Source of the DNA: an uncultured Acidimicrobiia bacterium
Lineage (GTDB): Bacteria; Actinomycetota; Acidimicrobiia; IMCC26256; PALSA-555
Direction: 5' to 3'
Length of the DNA: 64,000 bases
Assembly (NCBI GenBank): GCA_963720675.1
Contig: CAVRGH010000007.1
Location: 64,605-128,604, forward strand
The first letter of the stretch is position 1. Each line of letters opens with the position of its first letter. Position numbers and translations under genes: made by a program. Of the stretch, positions 31,452 to 39,743 are shown one piece after another. A model generated the notes under the pieces. The model saw nothing but the letters and a program-made list of their open reading frames with translations, did no database searches and was not told the origin of the DNA.

Positions 31452-31823
31452 CTACTCGGTGATCGGACGGGCGAAGCTGAGCTCGTGACCGTCGGGGTCG
31501 CGGACGTGGAAGTAGCGCTCGCCCCACGGCGCGTCCCATGGATCGGTGAGCGGACGGACCCCTGCGGCCACGGCACGCTCGTACATCGCGTCGACGTCGT
31601 CCACGTAGAGGATCACCCGGCCCCAGATGCCCGGCAGCGGCGCGTGCTCGAGATCGAGCTGGAGGTTGAGGTACCCGGTCCCGACCCGGAACGTCGCGAA
31701 CCCCGACTCGATGCTGCCGGAAGCCGGGTCGAAGCCGAGGGCCTCGTAGAACGCCACCGCGGTGGCGAGGTCGGCGGTCGCCAGGGTCACGGCGCTGATC
31801 GACTCGATCGGGCTCCTCTCCAT
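31452..31823 (-). CDS. VOC (glyoxalase/bleomycin-resistance) family protein
   Basis: ATG 31823 lies inside track ORF 31452..31919. The sequence ISAVTLATADLATAVAFYEALGF...FHVRDPDGHELSF is a typical VOC fold. Confidence 0.75.
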   Translation of the reverse strand: MERSPIESISAVTLATADLATAVAFYEALGFDPASGSIESGFATFRVGTGYLNLQLDLEHAPLPGIWGRVILYVDDVDAMYERAVAAGVRPLTDPWDAPWGERYFHVRDPDGHELSFARPITE

Positions 31824-31871
31824 CCGCACCAGCCTGCCACCCGGGTCGGGCACCACCGAGGGTCCATCGCC

Positions 31872-31877
31872 TAGGTT
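31872..31877 (+). promoter_or_regulatory. putative -10 box TAGGTT, 62 nt before the P1 ATG
   Basis: The context is gcCTAGGTTctcc. GGAGGA RBS lies 7 nt before ATG 31939. Confidence 0.3.
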
Positions 31878-31938
31878 CTCCTGCACGCAGTCGGTGGTAG
31901 GGACCGGCTCGTGACCCATCGTGGCGGAGGATCAGGCA

Positions 31939-32914
31939 ATGCGCGTTCGCAGGCTGCTGGCCGTACTGGCCGTGACCACCCTGACCGCCGGCGCTGGCGT
32001 CGTCGCCATGGGCGGCGCCCCCACCGGGGCCGCCGCGACCACCGGTTACACCGTCGTGTGGTCCGACGGTGGATGCCAGCTGTCCACCATCGACCTCGCG
32101 ACGGCTGCCGTCGTCCCGATCGGCGCCACGTCGCAGACCAGCTGCGTGCGCGACCTCGCGGTCTCACCCGAGGGCGTCGTCTACGGGCTCCTCTCCCCGC
32201 TGACCAACGCCACCGAGGTCGACCTCGTGCGCTTCGACACGACGACTGGCGCCGCCACCAACCTGGGCCCGATCACCGGATCGTTCGACACCACGATCGG
32301 CAACAACGGCGGCATCGCCTTCGCGCCGGACGGGACGCTCCTGGCGACCTTCGCCGCCAACGAGTCCGGCTGCGTGCCGTCCGCGAGCGTGTGCCTGTAT
32401 CGGGTCGACCCCGCGACCCTGGTGGCCACGCTGATCGGTCCGGCCGGACAGGCGGACAACCCGTTCTTCTACCTGACGGCCTCGTGCGCGGGCTCGACCC
32501 TGTCGACCGAGTTCGTCGAGCGGGGGTTCACGTCGGAGTCCGACGGAGCGGTCGGGGCGGCGAACGGCTTGTCCAACCAGCAGCTCGCCTCGTGGAACGG
32601 TTCACCGGCGCGGCGACACCGCGGTGCCGCGCTGCCCAGCAACTTCGACGTCGGGGGCCTCGAGTACGACCGGGTGCCCGGCACGCTGTACGCGTTGGGT
32701 CTCGAGCTCGACGGCCAGTCGACCACGAGCCCCGACAGCGCCGAACCCGCAGCTGTTCGCCGGCGCGTCGCTCTACACGGTCGACCCCGCGACGGGCGCG
32801 GTGGCCATCGTCTCCAGCGTCCCGAACACCGAGCTCGTCGTCGACAGCCTGGCGATCCCCGGCACCTGCGCCGCACCGGCAGCCGTCGAGCTCCAGCCCC
32901 GCTTCACCGGCTGA
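31939..32914 (+). pseudogene. secreted Cys-rich D-x-x-T-G repeat protein P1 (DUF4394/beta-propeller-like) ending QPRFTG; apparent +1 frame change near 32749
   Basis: The signal peptide is MRVRRLLAVLAVTTLTAGAGVVAMGGAPTGAAA. Repeats include LVRFDTTTGAATNLGP, LYRVDPATLVATLIGP and LYTVDPATGAVAIVSS. The last 55 aa lie in track ORF 32624..32914. Confidence 0.7.
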
Positions 32915-32975
32915 CGTTCCGGGCTTCTGCTGCCCTGCGAAGGGGCGGGTCGGGCACGTGGACCCGTCGAGCGCC

Positions 32976-32981
32976 TAGGGT
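32976..32981 (+). promoter_or_regulatory. putative -10 box TAGGGT, 54 nt before the P2 ATG
   Basis: The context is ACCCG-N9-cCTAGGGTgtccCGATCG. GGAGGA RBS lies 7 nt before ATG 33035. Confidence 0.3.
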
Positions 32982-33034
32982 GTCCCGATCGTGCGACTGG
33001 CGGTAGGGGCCGGTCCCGGGCGGAGGATCTCTTG

Positions 33035-34025
33035 ATGCGCGTTCGCAAGCTGCTGGCCATGCTGGCCGCCACGACCCTCACTGCCGGTGTCGGTGTCGTC
33101 GCGATGGGGGGAGCGCCGACCGGCGCGGCCGAGACGAGCGGCTACACCATCGTCGCGATCGGCGAAGAGGGCTGTCAGCTCTCCACGATCGACCTCACGA
33201 CCGGCGCGGTGGCGCCGATCGGCGCCACCGCGCAGGACAGCTGCGTGAGCGATCTCGCGGTGGCGCCCGACGCCACGGTCTACGGCTTGGACGGACCCAC
33301 GGCCGTGGCGCTCACCGTGGACCTCATCCGCTTCGACACCACCACGGGTGCCCCCACGAACCTCGGACCACTCACCGGAAGCTTCACCGACTCGTTCGTC
33401 GCAAACGGAGGCATCACCTTCGCGGCCGACGGCACCATGTACGTGCACATGGTCACCGACGAAGCGGGGTGTGACGGCGCCGAGGTCTGCCTGTACCGGG
33501 TCGATCCGGCGACGCGCAACGCCACGCTCGTCGGCCCCTCCACCCAGGTGAAAGCGAGCTTCTTCTACCTGACCGCCGCGTGCAGCGGCACGACCCTCTC
33601 GACGCAGTACCAGGTCGGCGAGAGCTCGGTCGAGCAGAGTGCCCCGTTCGGTGACGGCGTGCAGGCCGCGGACTTCGACCAGCGGCTCACCTCCTGGAAC
33701 ACGACCACCGGCGCATCGACCCCGGGCGCCGACCTCTTCGCCGGCCTCAACGTGACCGGCCTCGAGTTCGACCGGGTCACCGGCACGCTGTACCTGCTCG
33801 CGCGCGAGCGTGCAGCCCCCCCAGGCGGTCCCCGACGAGGCGACGACGGATCCGACGGTCGAACCGCAATACGCGGACGGAGTCTCGCTCTACACCCTCG
33901 ACGCGGCCACCGGGGCGACGACCTTCGTCGCCGACCTGGACTCCGAGCTCGTCGTGGACTCGCTCGGCATCGCCGGAACCTGCGCCGCGCCCGCCGTCGA
34001 GCTCGTCCCGACCTTCACCGGTTGA
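33035..34025 (+). pseudogene. secreted Cys-rich D-x-x-T-G repeat protein P2 ending VPTFTG; apparent +1 frame change near 33809
   Basis: This is a tandem paralogue of P1 (MRVRKLLAMLAATTLTAGVGVVAMGG..., LIRFDTTTGAPTNLGP, LYRVDPATRNATLVGP). The tail VQPPQAV...LYTLDAATGATTFVADL...CAAPAVELVPTFTG lies in track ORF 33810..34025. Confidence 0.7.
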
Positions 34026-34048
34026 TCCCGAAAGAGCGCGAGTAGCGT

Positions 34049-34070
34049 CCCCCGCACATTCGGACGGGGG
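34049..34070 (+). terminator. stem-loop CCCCCG-N10-CGGGGG after P2
   Basis: This 6-bp GC stem lies 24 nt after the P2 stop and just before the next start. There is no U tract. Confidence 0.4.
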
Positions 34071-34077
34071 AGCCGCG

Positions 34078-35040
34078 ATGCGCTTGTGGAGCGACGAGTT
34101 CGAGGCGCTGCGTCCGCAGCTGCGCGAGGAGTCGGCGGCGTTCCTCGCGACCTGGGACATCCCGCCCGACGACCCGAACCTCTCGCAGGCCGAGATGGTC
34201 GCGCGGGCGCGCGTCGAGCGGGAAGGGTCGGTGCACCGCTCCGACAAGGCAGTCGATCGCACCATCGAGGGGGCCGGCGGTCCGATCCGGCTGCGCACGT
34301 TCGTGCCCGAGCAGGGCGGCACCGTCGACGCGGTCTTCCTGCACCTCCATGGCGGCGGCTGGTTCGTCGGGTCGCCGGAGATGACCGACCTGCTCAACGA
34401 GATGGTCGCCGACACACTGAACGTCGCGGTCGTGAGCGTCGACTACCGCCTCGCACCCGAGCACCCCTTCCCCGCCGGGCCCGACGACTGCGAGACGGCG
34501 GCGGTGTGGCTGCTCGAGCACGCCGAGCGCGAGTTCGGCTCGTCCCGCCTGCTCATCGGCGGCGAGTCCGCCGGCGGGCACCTGTCCGCGCTGACGCTGC
34601 TCCGCATGCGCGACCGTCACCAGGCCGCCGACCGGTTCATCGGCGCGAACCTCGTCTTCGGCGTCTACGACCTCGGGCACACACCGAGCCAGCGCGGGAT
34701 CGAGATCCCACCGGGTACCGACATCCTCACCGTCGACGGCACCGCGCGGTTCACCGAGCTCTTCACCCCGGGCATGACGCGTGAGGAGCGGCGCGATCCG
34801 GAGATCTCGCCGCTGTACGCGTCGCTGCACGACCTGCCACCCGCGCTGTTCACCGTCGGCACCCATGACCACCTCCGCGACGACACCCTCTTCCTCGCGT
34901 CGCGTTGGGAAGCATCCGGCAACCGGACCGAGCTCCTCGTCTACCCGGACGCACCGCACGGCTGCATCGCACTGCCGTCGGTCGCTGCGCACTGGTTCCC
35001 GCGGATGCTCGACTTCCTCCGCGGCTGCCTCGCGGCCTGA
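34078..35040 (+). CDS. alpha/beta hydrolase (HGGG-type esterase/lipase)
   Basis: This is an intact 320-aa ORF with LHLHGGGW, GESAGGH (nucleophile elbow), and DPLRDD-like and H motifs near the C terminus. Confidence 0.85.
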   Translation: MRLWSDEFEALRPQLREESAAFLATWDIPPDDPNLSQAEMVARARVEREGSVHRSDKAVDRTIEGAGGPIRLRTFVPEQGGTVDAVFLHLHGGGWFVGSPEMTDLLNEMVADTLNVAVVSVDYRLAPEHPFPAGPDDCETAAVWLLEHAEREFGSSRLLIGGESAGGHLSALTLLRMRDRHQAADRFIGANLVFGVYDLGHTPSQRGIEIPPGTDILTVDGTARFTELFTPGMTREERRDPEISPLYASLHDLPPALFTVGTHDHLRDDTLFLASRWEASGNRTELLVYPDAPHGCIALPSVAAHWFPRMLDFLRGCLAA

Positions 35041-35047
35041 GCGCCAG

Positions 35048-36127
35048 TTGGCACCCGACCCCGCGATCGTCACCGACCCGGCGGACATCACCCCCGGCTG
35101 GATCACGGACGTGCTTCGCGCGTCGGGGCACGACGTGACGGTGGCTGCCGTCGTCGCCGAACCCGTCGGCACCGGGCAGATGGCGCACAACGAGCGATTC
35201 ACCCTCACCTACGACGGCGAACCCGGCGACGCGCCCTGCACGCTGGTCGGCAAGTTCCCGTCACCCAGCGAGGAGAGCCGGGCCGCGGGCGCCGCCGGCG
35301 GCTATCGGAACGAGGTGCGCTTCTACACCGACCTCGCCACCGGCCTCGCGGTGCGCACCCCACGGTGCTGGCACGGCGCGGTGAACGACGAGAGCACCGA
35401 GTTCACCCTGATGCTCGAGGACCTCGCCCCGGCCCGGCAGGGCGACCAGCTCGCCGGATGCTCCGGAGCGCAGCTCGTGGTCGCGGCGCGGAACCTGGCC
35501 GGCCTGCATGCACCGCGGTGGTGCGACCCGTCGCTCCGCGAGCTCGCGTGGATGCAGAACAGCCTCGGCGACCAGGCCGTCGTCATCGTCGAGCTCGTCA
35601 CGCCCATGTTCGTAGAGCGGTACGCCGATCGGTTGACGCCCGCGACCGTGCAGGTGCTGGAGACGTTCGGCGCACGGATCGAGCAGTGGTTCGCGTCGGA
35701 ACCCGCCCGCTTCACCGTCACCCACGGCGACTACCGCCTCGACAACCTCATGTTCCACGATGCGCTCGACGGCACCCATCCCGAGCCGGTCGCCGCGGTC
35801 GACTGGCAGACGGTCAGCATCGCCAGCGGCGGCCGCGACCTCGCCTACCTGCTGGGCAACAGCGTCGAGCCCGACCTGCGGCGGGAGGTGGAGGGCGACG
35901 TGCGCGCCGCATACCTCGACCGACTCGTCGAGCTCGGCGTCGACGACGCGACCCTCGACGTCGTCGCGGCCGACGAGCGACACGGCGCGTTCCAGGGACC
36001 GTTCATCACGATGCTCGGTGCGATCGCCGTCGGCCGCACCCCTCGCGGCGACGACATGTTCGTCGCGATGGCCGAACGCAGTGCCACCCAGATCCGGGAC
36101 CTCGACGCCCTGGATCTGCTCGTCTGA
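35048..36127 (+). CDS. phosphotransferase (APH/choline-kinase-like) family protein
   Basis: TTG 35048 is the first start after the upstream stop, inside track ORF 34781..36127. It carries the Brenner-type motif THGDYRLDNLMF and a downstream VDWQ. Confidence 0.75.
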   Translation: MAPDPAIVTDPADITPGWITDVLRASGHDVTVAAVVAEPVGTGQMAHNERFTLTYDGEPGDAPCTLVGKFPSPSEESRAAGAAGGYRNEVRFYTDLATGLAVRTPRCWHGAVNDESTEFTLMLEDLAPARQGDQLAGCSGAQLVVAARNLAGLHAPRWCDPSLRELAWMQNSLGDQAVVIVELVTPMFVERYADRLTPATVQVLETFGARIEQWFASEPARFTVTHGDYRLDNLMFHDALDGTHPEPVAAVDWQTVSIASGGRDLAYLLGNSVEPDLRREVEGDVRAAYLDRLVELGVDDATLDVVAADERHGAFQGPFITMLGAIAVGRTPRGDDMFVAMAERSATQIRDLDALDLLV

Positions 36128-36150
36128 CGCGCACGCGTGCCGTCGCGGTC

Positions 36151-37203
36151 TCAGTCGCGCGCTCGGTAGGCCTCGACGATGGGTGCGAGCTCGGTGGGGG
36201 TGGCGCCGTGGAGGATCACGCCGTCACAGCCGAGGGCGAGCTGATTGCGGATCGCGTCGACGCACTGGTCGGGGGTCCCCGTCGCGGCCGGGGCCAGCCA
36301 GTCGTCGGGGATGAGCGTGGCGACGTGCTCGAGCTGCTCGGTGGTCGCGGTCTGGTCGAAGCCGCCCGCGAAGCTCGACACCATCTCGTCGGCCCGGAAA
36401 CGCTCCAGCACGGCAGGGTCCCAGTCGTTGGTGCGGACGAGCAGGTCGCCGTAGCCCTGGAGGTAGGTCGCGAGGCGGCCGACCGTCTTCTTCATCCGGA
36501 GGTCGTGGTCGAGGTGGTCGCCGATCGTGGCGAAGCACGACCAGACGCGCACCGACGCCGGGTCGCGGCCGGCGGCAACGGCTGCGGCCTTCACGGTCGC
36601 CACGCAGCGCGCCGTCGTCTCGTCGGTGAAGAAGGTGTGCAGCACGACGTCGTCGAAGCACCGGCCGCCGAGGGCGAGCGAGTTCGGACCGAACGCAACG
36701 AGGAGCAGCGGGATGTCCTCGTCGAACGTCGGGTCGAGACGCAGGACGGGCCAGGAGCCGGCCGGGCCGTCGTGCCCGATGATCGTCTCCCCGTGCCAGA
36801 GGCGGCGCATCAAGCCCGCGAAGTCCTCCAGCTGCGCGGTGGTGATGCGCGGGATGCCGAACGCGTCCTGCATCATCGTGATCCCGCGCCCGAGGCCGAG
36901 GGTGAAGCGGCCGCGCCCGTCGGCGGTCTGGGTGAGCCGGTGCATGGTCGTCGCGTACGACGCGGTCACCAGCGGGTGGCGCGTGTTGTGGTTCGTCGCT
37001 GCCGTAGCGATGTCGATCCGCTCGGTGACGGCGCCGGCCGCGCCCGAGAGCGTCGCGGCCTCCTTGATGTTGTAGCGCTCGGAGAGGAACGCGGTCCCCA
37101 GCCCCATCGTCTCGCCCGTGCGCACCTCGTCGATCAGGTCGCGGGGCGACCGGGGTTGGCCGGCCAGCGCGTAGAAGCCGAGCTCGTGCAGGACTCGATC
37201 CAT
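36151..37203 (-). CDS. LLM-class, probably F420-dependent, oxidoreductase
   Basis: ATG 37203 lies inside track ORF 36151..37482. The sequence MDRVLHELGFYALAG...AFLSERYN...RFTLGLGRG fits LLM/F420-dependent families. Confidence 0.75.
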   Translation of the reverse strand: MDRVLHELGFYALAGQPRSPRDLIDEVRTGETMGLGTAFLSERYNIKEAATLSGAAGAVTERIDIATAATNHNTRHPLVTASYATTMHRLTQTADGRGRFTLGLGRGITMMQDAFGIPRITTAQLEDFAGLMRRLWHGETIIGHDGPAGSWPVLRLDPTFDEDIPLLLVAFGPNSLALGGRCFDDVVLHTFFTDETTARCVATVKAAAVAAGRDPASVRVWSCFATIGDHLDHDLRMKKTVGRLATYLQGYGDLLVRTNDWDPAVLERFRADEMVSSFAGGFDQTATTEQLEHVATLIPDDWLAPAATGTPDQCVDAIRNQLALGCDGVILHGATPTELAPIVEAYRARD

Positions 37204-37285
37204 CCCGGCAGCCTCGCAGGTCGGGCCCCCAACGTGCGCAGCCGGTTCCGCCGTGCACGCGCGTCCCGGCGCTACCGTGCGCCCC

Positions 37286-37828
37286 ATGCGCATCTCCCGG
37301 GTCTTCACCGCCCTCGTCCTCGCCGGCACGCTCGCCGCCACGACCGTCGGCACCGCGACGGCCGGTACCGGAACGCAGAGCGGGAGCAGCTCCAAGAGCA
37401 CCACGCAGACCACGAAGTTCACGGTCATCCTCACCTCGCAGCAGACCGTGCTCGAGCAGGTCGGCGCCGGCGGCGACACCACCTACGGGTGGAACCAGCT
37501 CACCGGCACCGCGTCGAGCGCCTCGGGCGACATCGGCGTGACGCTGCTCGGCAACGTCGTCTACACGAACGGGGAAGGGCCGTTCTTCGGCTTCCTGACG
37601 CTGGAGTTCGCGTCGCTCTCGACGGTCGGCCTCCGCATCGACGGGCGGGCGACCAAGGGCTCCGACGGCGTCACCGAGCTCGCCGCGAAGATGAAGGTCA
37701 TCGGCGGGAACGCCGCGCTCACCGGCGCCAAAGGCACGGGCTCCTTCTCCGGCAGCCGCCGGGACGATCTCGGTGGGGCCGTCGAGCTCCAGGTGACGGT
37801 CAAGCTCCGGGGCATCGACATCGGGTAG
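37286..37828 (+). CDS. secreted hypothetical protein
   Basis: ATG 37286 lies inside track ORF 37253..37828. A signal peptide (MRISRVFTALVLAGTLAATTVGTATA) is followed by a Thr/Ser/Gly-rich beta-type sequence. I recognised no family. Confidence 0.6.
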   Translation: MRISRVFTALVLAGTLAATTVGTATAGTGTQSGSSSKSTTQTTKFTVILTSQQTVLEQVGAGGDTTYGWNQLTGTASSASGDIGVTLLGNVVYTNGEGPFFGFLTLEFASLSTVGLRIDGRATKGSDGVTELAAKMKVIGGNAALTGAKGTGSFSGSRRDDLGGAVELQVTVKLRGIDIG

Positions 37829-37829
37829 T

Positions 37830-37845
37830 CCCCCGTTCTTGGGGG
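37830..37845 (+). terminator. stem-loop CCCCC-gttctt-GGGGG right after the stop
   Basis: This 5-bp GC stem starts 2 nt after TAG 37826-37828. Confidence 0.4.
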
Positions 37846-37865
37846 TCGGAATCGGCCCTTGCGTC

Positions 37866-37900
37866 GGACTTAAAAACAGTATTTACTTGTTCTTAAGTCC
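37866..37900 (+). promoter_or_regulatory. AT-rich palindrome GGACTTAA-N19-TTAAGTCC with embedded promoter-like TTAAAA-N17-TTAAGT
   Basis: This is a perfect 8-bp inverted repeat. The 35-nt tract is about 25% GC in a roughly 70% GC window. It ends 16 nt before ATG 37917 (RBS AGGAGG). Confidence 0.5.
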
Positions 37901-37916
37901 AGCGCAGGAGGTCACC

Positions 37917-38660
37917 ATGACCGACCGGAGCACCACCCCCACGAACCCCCAGCGGCCGGTGGCCGTGATCACGGGAGCGTCGCAGGGCCTCGGCCTCGCG
38001 CTGGCCTCCCGGCTCGCCGACGACGGCTGGGCCCTCGTGCTCGACGCCCGCCGCGCGGACCGCCTCGAGGCCGCCGCCCGCAGCCTCGCCGAGCGCACCA
38101 CCGTCGTGGCACTCGCGGGCGACGTCGCCGACGCCGACCACCGCCGTGCGATCGCCTCCGCTGCCAGGTCACTCGGGTCGGTGCGACTGCTCGTGAACAA
38201 CGCGAGCACGCTGGGCGCGAGCCCGCTGCCGTCGCTCAGCAGCATCGATGCCGACACGCTTCGCCGCGTCTTCGACGTGAACCTGGTCGCGCCGATCGCA
38301 CTCGCGCAGGCCCTCGACGACGACCTCGCGCCGGACGCCACGATCGTGAACATCACCTCGGACGCCGGGGTCGAGGCGTACGAGGGATGGGGCGGGTACG
38401 GCGCCTCGAAGGCCGCGCTCGAGCACGCCAGCCGCGTGCTCGCCGCGGAGCGACCCGACCGACGGGTCCTCGTCGTCGATCCCGGTGACATGCGCACCGA
38501 GATGCACCAGGACGCGTTCCCGGGCGAGGACATCTCCGATCGCCCGGAGCCCGACTCGAGCGTGCCCGGGCTGGTGGCGTTGATCGACGGCACCCAACCC
38601 AGCGGCCGGTACGAGGCGCGCGCCCTCGTCGGCACCTCGCCCGGGGGCGGGCAGCCGTGA
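37917..38660 (+). CDS. short-chain dehydrogenase/reductase (SDR)
   Basis: ATG 37917 lies inside track ORF 37839..38660. Motifs VITGASQGLG, NNAS and YGASKAA are present. Confidence 0.85.
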   Translation: MTDRSTTPTNPQRPVAVITGASQGLGLALASRLADDGWALVLDARRADRLEAAARSLAERTTVVALAGDVADADHRRAIASAARSLGSVRLLVNNASTLGASPLPSLSSIDADTLRRVFDVNLVAPIALAQALDDDLAPDATIVNITSDAGVEAYEGWGGYGASKAALEHASRVLAAERPDRRVLVVDPGDMRTEMHQDAFPGEDISDRPEPDSSVPGLVALIDGTQPSGRYEARALVGTSPGGGQP

Positions 38661-39743
38661 CCGCGCTCACCGACCCGCCGAACCCCACCTCGATCGGGCT
38701 CGACTTCGCGCTCGGTCCGCGCAACGAGGCCCAGGAGCCGGCCGAGGCGCGCGGGACCGCGCGCGACGCGGTCCGCCTGCTGGTCAGCGACGGCGACGCA
38801 CCACCCGTCGACACCCGCTTCGACCGGATCGGCGAGTTCCTGCACGCTGGTGACCTCCTCGTGGTCAACACATCCGCGACCGTCGCCGCTGCGCTCGACG
38901 GGCGTCTCCCCGACGGTGAGCCGGCGATCGTGCACCTGTCCGGCGCGCTCCCGGGCGGGGTCTGGCTCGTCGAGGTCCGCCGCCCGCACGACGGCAGCAC
39001 CGCCGCATGGGCACTCGAGGAAGCGGTCGAGGTCGCGCTCGTCGAGGGTGGACGCGTCCAGCTGCTCACTCCGTTCGAGCACTCACAGCGCCTCTGGATC
39101 GCCGCGCTCGACCTGCCGGCCGAGGATCCGCTCGCCTACCTGGCGTGGCACGGCCGACCGATCCGGTACCGGCATGTGCCCCGCGAGTGGCCCCTCTCGG
39201 CGTACCAGACCGTGTTCGGCACCGAGCCGGGGAGTGCGGAGATGCCGAGTGCGAGCCGACCGTTCACCCCCCAGCTGGTGACCGAACTGGTGACGCGAGG
39301 CGTCGGCATCGCCCCGCTCGTGTTGCACACCGGCGTGTCGTCGCTCGAGGGCGGCGAGCGCCCGTACCCCGAGCGCTACCGCGTGGTGGAGACGACCGCC
39401 ACCGCCATCGACGACACCCGCCGCAACGGCGGGCGCGTGATCGCCGCCGGCACCACGGTCGTGCGGGCGCTCGCCACGGTCACCGACCGACACGGCCAGG
39501 TGCATCCCGGTCAGGGCTGGACCGATGTCGTCGTGACCGGCGGCGACCGAGCTCCGTTCGGTCGACGGGTTGCTCACCGGTTGGCACGAGCCCGAGTCCA
39601 CCCACCTGTGGATGCTCCAGGCGTTCGCGACCCCCTGCGTCCTCGAGGCCGCCTATCGCCGAGCCCTGGAGCTGGGATACCTGTGGCACGAGTTCGGCGA
39701 TACTCACCTCATCATGCGATCGCCTCGGAGCGTGACCCCGTGA
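38657..39743 (+). pseudogene. QueA-like S-adenosylmethionine:tRNA ribosyltransferase-isomerase family protein; apparent +1 frame change near 39548
   Basis: GTG 38657 overlaps the SDR stop (GTGA). QueA-like blocks HTGVSSLE and GGRVIAAGTTVVRALA are present. The conserved end VDGLLTGWHEPESTHLWMLQAF...LWHEFGDTHLIM-...TGA (39741-39743) is in the next frame. Confidence 0.7.

Noticed and set aside
32912-33037. In-frame continuity from the P1 TGA into the P2 ATG, considered as possible stop-codon read-through, selenocysteine or a fusion.
   Set aside because: The 120-nt read-through peptide (RSGLLLPCEGAGRARGPVERLG...) is not coding-like. It contains the P2 promoter-like box and RBS. TGA is the ordinary stop for most genes here, and I recognised no SECIS-like hairpin.
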